DNA from: Octopus bimaculoides
Taxonomy: Eukaryota
Length of the DNA: 42,510 nucleotides
Assembly: GCF_001194135.2 (NCBI RefSeq)
Contig: NC_068986.1
Span: 49,154,922 to 49,197,431 of the forward strand
Direction: 5' to 3'
Shown here: one piece after another, positions 36,781 to 42,510 of the stretch
Layout: each line of letters begins with the position of its first letter
How positions within the stretch are numbered: the first letter of the stretch is position 1
Notes under the pieces: model-generated
The model's input: only the letters and a program-made list of their open reading frames with translations
Database searches by the model: none
What the model was told of the DNA's origin: nothing
Translations under genes and position numbers: made by a program

Positions 36781-39075
36781 GTGAACTTTCAGCCAGGGCC
36801 CTTGGGTGCCTTTAGTGGGGCTCACTCTCTTGAACGCATTCGATGCATGATTCCGGCAGGTGTGTTGTCATTACATCCTCTGCACCATATCCTCTACTCC
36901 TCAAAATGCCAAAGACCAGAACTAAACCCTCTGGACAATTTTCCTTCCTCTTCGCTAATATCTACGAAATTCGTTCCAATTTAAATCCCAGTCGTCATTC
37001 CTTATTCACAAACAAATCACACATCCTATTCATATCTGAGGCACCATCTCTCAATCTCTATCTCCAAACCATCTCAGCTGACCAAATTTCATTATCTGTT
37101 CTAACTGTACTCCCTCTTCTCTCTTTCTCTGATATCAGCAATAATTACCATTAGCAACTCTGGACCAATGTTTCCATTCTCCAAACACCTATGCTCCCTA
37201 TGTCCAGCATCTCTTCGACCTGCATTGATAACAAATATATTTCTTCACCCTTTCTACGAATCCATCGTCCTCAGTGACTACAGCATTCACGACGACTTAT
37301 ATATCTCTCATTTATCCTACACCGATGCCCACTGGGACAGAACCCAAGTGTTTTGCAGTTCCCAACTCATTTCATCAACTTGTTTCATCTCCTACACACA
37401 TTCCAGATAGACGCACACCTACAACGTCATCCAACTACTGTTTCATCGCAACCACCAGCACAGTTCCCACACCAGACAATCGCCCTCCGCACCCGGTGAA
37501 ATTTCTGGACAGCTAACTGTCTGGATCTCCGCCAGTTTTATGCTAAGTACTCCAGGCAGTACGTGCATTAAAATCCTGATCTTTCAGAAACAATTCATGT
37601 TCCTCTATATCTTGCACACAATACACAACACAAAAACTTCAAGTGATTCATTTATACTCGAGTTGTTTTCGTTGCCCGTTTTCCACATAGCACACACTTC
37701 GCAAATATCTTTTGTTTGCATCCTCCTCGATCATGCCAGTCCTATCAACTTACATGCATACATACAAAGTACGAAAATGCCGTCGATCACTTCAAAGGAG
37801 CATAGCCACCGGCCCTGACGATGTCCTTAATATAACCCTGAAACATTGTACTCCAAGAGCTCTAGCTAGTTCATATACGCACCGAACTCTTCAATTTATC
37901 CCTCATTACAGAGATATACACTGATATTTGGAAATCCGCTACAGTGAGTCCTACTCTCAAGAAAGGTAACTTCTCTAATTTGAACAACTGTCGCCCTGAT
38001 GCACTCACCTCTAATATATTTAAGGTAATGAAGAAGCCATTAACAACAACGTCCTCCAAAACCTTGTATTAGTCTATCCTCCTCAAAAACCACAAGTGTA
38101 TTTTCTGCAAAGCTAGATCCACTGATGGTCTCCATCCCTGTCAGTGAACTCTTTACTTTGGAAGGTTTTGATGAAAGTAAATTTGCCGTCCTCGACATTA
38201 ACTCAACTTTCGACCTTTTTGGCAAATAAATTTCCTATAGAAATTTGCTAACTTTGGGCTCCCCTAACCTCTCGTTTCTTGGATTGTACTATAGCTGTTC
38301 CACGTTCCATCAACTCGGACGTGCTTCGGGTTTCGGTTTGTCCTCCACTCTACTCTTTCTATAATATCAATGATTTACTGCCACATTCACCAATACCCAC
38401 TCCTACGAGATGATATCCCCACTAAAATTCATCACCAAAGCATTATACACGTCAAATCTGGCACAGACTTTCGGAACAAAGGCCTCAAAAACAAACTCCA
38501 ATGGAGACACGCCAATCTTATCTCTTTGACTAGCAAAAGGAAAAAAAATACAACCATAACTCATATTAAAAAAAACATGATTTGTACGGCACATCTAGTC
38601 ATGAGATATTAGATTACTTAAAAGCAATCCATTTTGGGGATTACACTAAACCTCAAAACATCCTTCTGTGATAGCGTATCCTAAACATAGCTAGGTCCAC
38701 ATCTCAGTGATTGGCTCTTCTTCAGGTTCAGAAGATTCAGCGCCTCTGGCAATTGATACTTTGCAAAGCTCAGGTTATGTCCCAAAAATGAGTATTGCTC
38801 ACATATTTCCGACTTTGCTGCTATTATTGCTGGACACACAGACCCACTAAACTACATCCAGAAAAGGGACATTCGACCGATTGTAATTAAATTATCGACA
38901 CTTCCGTCCTTTTGGCCTACAGGTGCAATGTCTCTTGTCTATATCTTTTCCATCACTACTGTAATAGCCTCAGCACCAGATATCAGGCTAGGCTCGTGTT
39001 ACCACCTTTCAATCATTCATGTCTCTCCTCCCTCTTGTCAATTTTGTACGTTCAACCACCAGACACAGCAAACGA
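36781..39075 (+). mobile_element. Decayed CR1-group LINE (AP endonuclease plus RT) with many internal deletions
   Basis: MPKTRTK...FLFANIYEIRSN...SHILFISE (ATG 36906); SDYSIH; FAVPNSFHQLVSSPTHIPDR; TGPDDV..ITLKHC; IWKSATVSPTLKKGNFSNLNNCRP; FAVLDI..TFD; frameshifted YADD at 38404-38414. Confidence 0.85.
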
Positions 39076-39294
39076 AAGAAATAATTCTTAAATGTTCCTA
39101 AATACACAGACACGCTCAAACACACACACACGATGTACCTCATATTTAGGTCCATGCTGTTTGTTTAATTTACACACACGTAAATATATATACATATATA
39201 TTGCATATATATGCATATATACATACATGTGTGTGTGTGAGTGTGTATACTCGTGTGTGTGTACATCTATGTATGTGTGTATGTCTTGTATTTG

Positions 39295-39428
39295 TGTTTC
39301 TTTGGACCAGTACTTGACATTCGGTATTGGTTTGTTAACGTCCCAAGTTAGCGCTTTGTCAAAAGGAGAAAGATAGGCTTGAAAAGGGAAGAGGTAGTGC
39401 GGTCCATTCGTTCGACTAAAAAGGTTCC
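39295..39428 (-). mobile_element. SINE family B (3' part)
   Basis: ccagtacttg...gtagtgcggtccattcgttcgac. Confidence 0.6.
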
Positions 39429-39476
39429 AAATGCACACAAACACACACACACACACACATATGTATGTATATGTGC

Positions 39477-39529
<53 letters not shown>

Positions 39530-39648
39530 TACATGCGCGCTAATACATACACACTCACAAGCAAACGCACGCACACAGAGTTATGTGTGTTTGTTTGAGT
39601 GAGTGAGTGTGTGTGTGTGTGTGTGTGTACATACACACACACAGGGAG

Positions 39649-39689
<41 letters not shown>

Positions 39690-39929
39690 ATCATATAGAT
39701 TCATTTATATTTGCACAGAAACAAGCAGTCGGTCACATCACCGCTACAAATACATGCATGTACATGCACGAATTTAATCGTATACAGAGCAAAAAGAAAA
39801 AAAAAATGCACAACAGTCTTCCGCGCATGTGCAAAGATAAATAAGCAAAGGGGAGCTATGCTTCAAGCTGCGACCCGGTTTCGTTTTCCTGACTGTGGAT
39901 TAACGACATGGTTAATTAAGAAATTATAA

Positions 39930-40410
39930 TCACAAGGCATATATGGAAATGTGAAAATACGTAACACATTCCAGAAGCTTAATACGCACACACACATATA
40001 TATAGATACATGACATACATATATACGTACATACATTCATACATGCATATACTACATGCATACATATATACATATATGCATGCTTACATACATATATACA
40101 CACACATAAATACATACATTACATACATACATGCATATATACATGCATACATACACGTATAAGACCAACATATACAAGTATACGATGACAAAATAATATA
40201 CATACACGCATACTCACAGACACATATAAATATACATACATACACATATACATGCATTCGCGTACGCATATAAATGCATGAATAAATACATAGATGTATG
40301 CGCACATGCATTCGTACATGTACATGCCAGCATATACATGCACTTACATACACAAATACATGCATACATACATACATACATACATACATACATACATACA
40401 TGCATATACT
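39930..40410. repeat. Degenerate (TACA/TGCA/TA)n tract
   Basis: Directly visible. Confidence 0.9.
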
Positions 40411-40623
40411 ACCTACTTTATATCTAAATTACACGAATTATTCCGCGATGTCGGACACAAAACAACCCTTCACCCAAATGCTCATATACATACTCACGCA
40501 TATATGTATATATGTATCTATGTTTCAATGTTTGTAAGTATGGATGTGCATGCGTATAAATATATATGCATATATATATATTGCGCGCGCGTGTGTGTGT
40601 GTGTGTGCGTGTGGTTGAAGCTT

Positions 40624-40753
40624 TGGCTGTGTGGTAAGATGTTTGCTTCCTAAGCACATACCTTTGGGTTCAGTCCTAGTGCGTGGCAACTTCGGCAGTG
40701 GTCGATCAAAGTCTTTTAAGTGAATTCGGTAGATAGAAGCTGAAAGCTGCCGT

Positions 40754-40798
<45 letters not shown>

Positions 40799-40987
40799 TA
40801 GATAGACAGATAGATATTGTTTGCGCGCGCGCGTGTAGTCCGCCACCACTTTGCAACCGATGTTAGTGCATTTACGTTCTCGTAACGTACTGGGTCGGTA
40901 AAAGAGATCTATAGAATAAGTATGAGGCTTTGTAAGATATATGTAGTGTGGTCCACCCGTTCGACTGAAAATTCTACAAGGCGCTGC
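40624..40987 (+). mobile_element. SINE family B with internal (GACA/GATA)n
   Basis: tggctgtgtggtaagatgtttgcttcc...gggttcagtcc; ccaccactttgcaaccgatgttag; atagaataagta. Confidence 0.8.
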
Positions 40988-41150
40988 TGCTAATCGCAGA
41001 TCGATAACAGTATGATTTGAACGTTCGACAATAAGGAAGAATCAAGTGTGGTTTTTAGGACTCTTCTATTTATGTTTCTGAGTTCAATTCCTGCATATGT
41101 CCACTTACTTTATTTTCATCCTTACGATGTCGCTAATATTTCTACTAGAG

Positions 41151-41354
41151 AAGGCGGTGAAAAGACAGAATTGTTAGCATAGCGGCATTTCGTCAGTCTT
41201 TACGATCTGAGTTCAAATTCCGCCAATGTCGACTTTGCCTTTCATCCTTACGGGGTCAATAAATTAAGTACCAGTTCAGCAATGGGTTCAATGTAATGGA
41301 CTAGTCGCCTCCCCATTATTTTCAGGCCTTGTGCCTTTAGTAGAAAGGATTATT
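41151..41354 (+). mobile_element. SINE family A (short internal deletion)
   Basis: gagttcaaattccgccaatgtcgactttgcctttcatcc...ttcaggccttgtgcctttagtagaaaggattatt. Confidence 0.85.
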
Positions 41355-41360
41355 TTTATT

Positions 41361-41495
41361 GTGAGCTGGCAGAAACGTTCTGAGTTCAAATTCCGCCGAT
41401 GTCGACTTTGCCTTTCATCCTTTCGAAGTGGATGAAATAAGTACCAGTTAAACACTGGGGTTGATGTAATTGACTAACTTCCTCCCCCAGATTTC
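41361..41495 (+). mobile_element. SINE family A (larger internal deletion)
   Basis: gagctggcagaa|acgttctgagttcaaattccgccgatgtcgac. Confidence 0.85.
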
Positions 41496-41496
41496 T

Positions 41497-41647
41497 TTTC
41501 ATTTCTACAGCTGAGTGAACTGCAGCAACGTGAAATAAAATGTCTTGCTCAAGAACACAACACAGCACACATCCCGGCCCTGGATTCGAAACCACTACTC
41601 CATGGTTGTGAGTCCGGCACTCTAATCACTGAGACATGTGCCTTCAC
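41497..41647 (-). mobile_element. tRNA-derived SINE, family C (5' part)
   Basis: Minus strand: gtgaaggcacatgtctcagtgattag (A-box-like)...ggtttcgaatcc (B-box-like)...gtgttcttgagcaagacatttt. Confidence 0.75.
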
Positions 41648-41649
41648 TA

Positions 41650-41677
41650 CATGATAGATAGATAGAGAGATAGATAC

Positions 41678-41729
<52 letters not shown>

Positions 41730-41735
41730 ATAGAT
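41650..41735. repeat. (GATA)n microsatellite
   Basis: Directly visible. Confidence 0.97.
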
Positions 41736-41740
41736 GATCG

Positions 41741-41886
41741 GCTTCTTTCAGTCTGGAACTACCATATCAACTCACAATCGGCCCGGAGCTCTCGTGGAAG
41801 AAATTTGCCCAAAGTGACGCGCAGTGAAACTGAACTCGGAATCATGTGATTGGGAAGCAAAATTCTAGCCACACAGCCACGTCTGC
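41741..41886 (-). mobile_element. SINE family B (5' part)
   Basis: cttctttcagt...gcagtgaaactgaactcggaatcatgtgattgggaagc...ccacacagccacg. Confidence 0.8.
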
Positions 41887-42254
41887 TTAAATGTATGCAT
41901 GTACGTATGTATGTATGTATGGATGGATGGATGGATGGATGGATGTTTGTATATATGCATGTATGTATGTCTGCATGCATGTATATATGTGTGTATATGT
42001 ATGTATATATGTATGCGTATGTATGTATGCATGTATGTATGGTATACTGCTGGATAAACTATCTGTAATTTTAAATGCAAGCATTGTCTTATATTGATTT
42101 GGGTAGGGAATTACGTTAAGGAATGTTACACGTTTATGCGAGATACTCAGCCACTTATGCGTTAGTCTAAGGAGTAATAAGTTCAAGGGCTCGATAGAAG
42201 TTCTATTATTTTTATTGACACGTCAGACGATGCAAACCAAATTACAGCTACACT

Positions 42255-42262
42255 CACACAAA

Positions 42263-42300
<38 letters not shown>

Positions 42301-42470
42301 AACATGCACACGCACCCATGCGCGCACACACACACACACACACACAGACAAATATACTCACACAAGCACGAACCTACTTAAACACACACACACACGCACA
42401 CGCATACACACACACACACATACAAACACACACACACACAAACACATACACACAAATACACACACAAACA
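42255..42470. repeat. Degenerate (CA)n tract
   Basis: Directly visible. Confidence 0.95.
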
Positions 42471-42510
42471 CAGAGGAAATTACAATTACCTTGATAAATT
42501 TCGAATACAA

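Noticed and set aside
41497-41647. Genuine tRNA gene
   Set aside because: A and B boxes are degenerate, there is no full cloverleaf, and it continues into SINE body sequence.

Overview
This is AT-rich, repeat-dense eukaryotic non-coding DNA. The SINE, Penelope and microsatellite landscape resembles a coleoid cephalopod such as Octopus (inference, no search run). About 4.6 kb (~11%) is N gaps, mostly flanked by (TA)n. No intact host gene is supported, and most ORFs in the track are microsatellite or N artefacts. Recognisable content: decayed retroelements (L1-Tx1, two RTE, R4/Dong-like RLE, CR1-group, several Penelope-like pieces), a Tc1/mariner transposase remnant and a MITE, two Helentron-type HINEs, and about 20 tRNA-derived SINE pieces. 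The most interesting unannotated layer is a set of minimal type I hammerhead ribozyme (HHR) motifs: four with intact catalytic cores and several decayed ones, with different palindromic stem III sequences and usually a microsatellite on their 3' side. One sits in an ORF-less 513-bp unit present as ~1.56 copies with a 217-bp inverted 5' segment (13906-14708), a candidate retrozyme-like non-autonomous element. A weakly supported set of + strand exons (7509-9821) is also noted.
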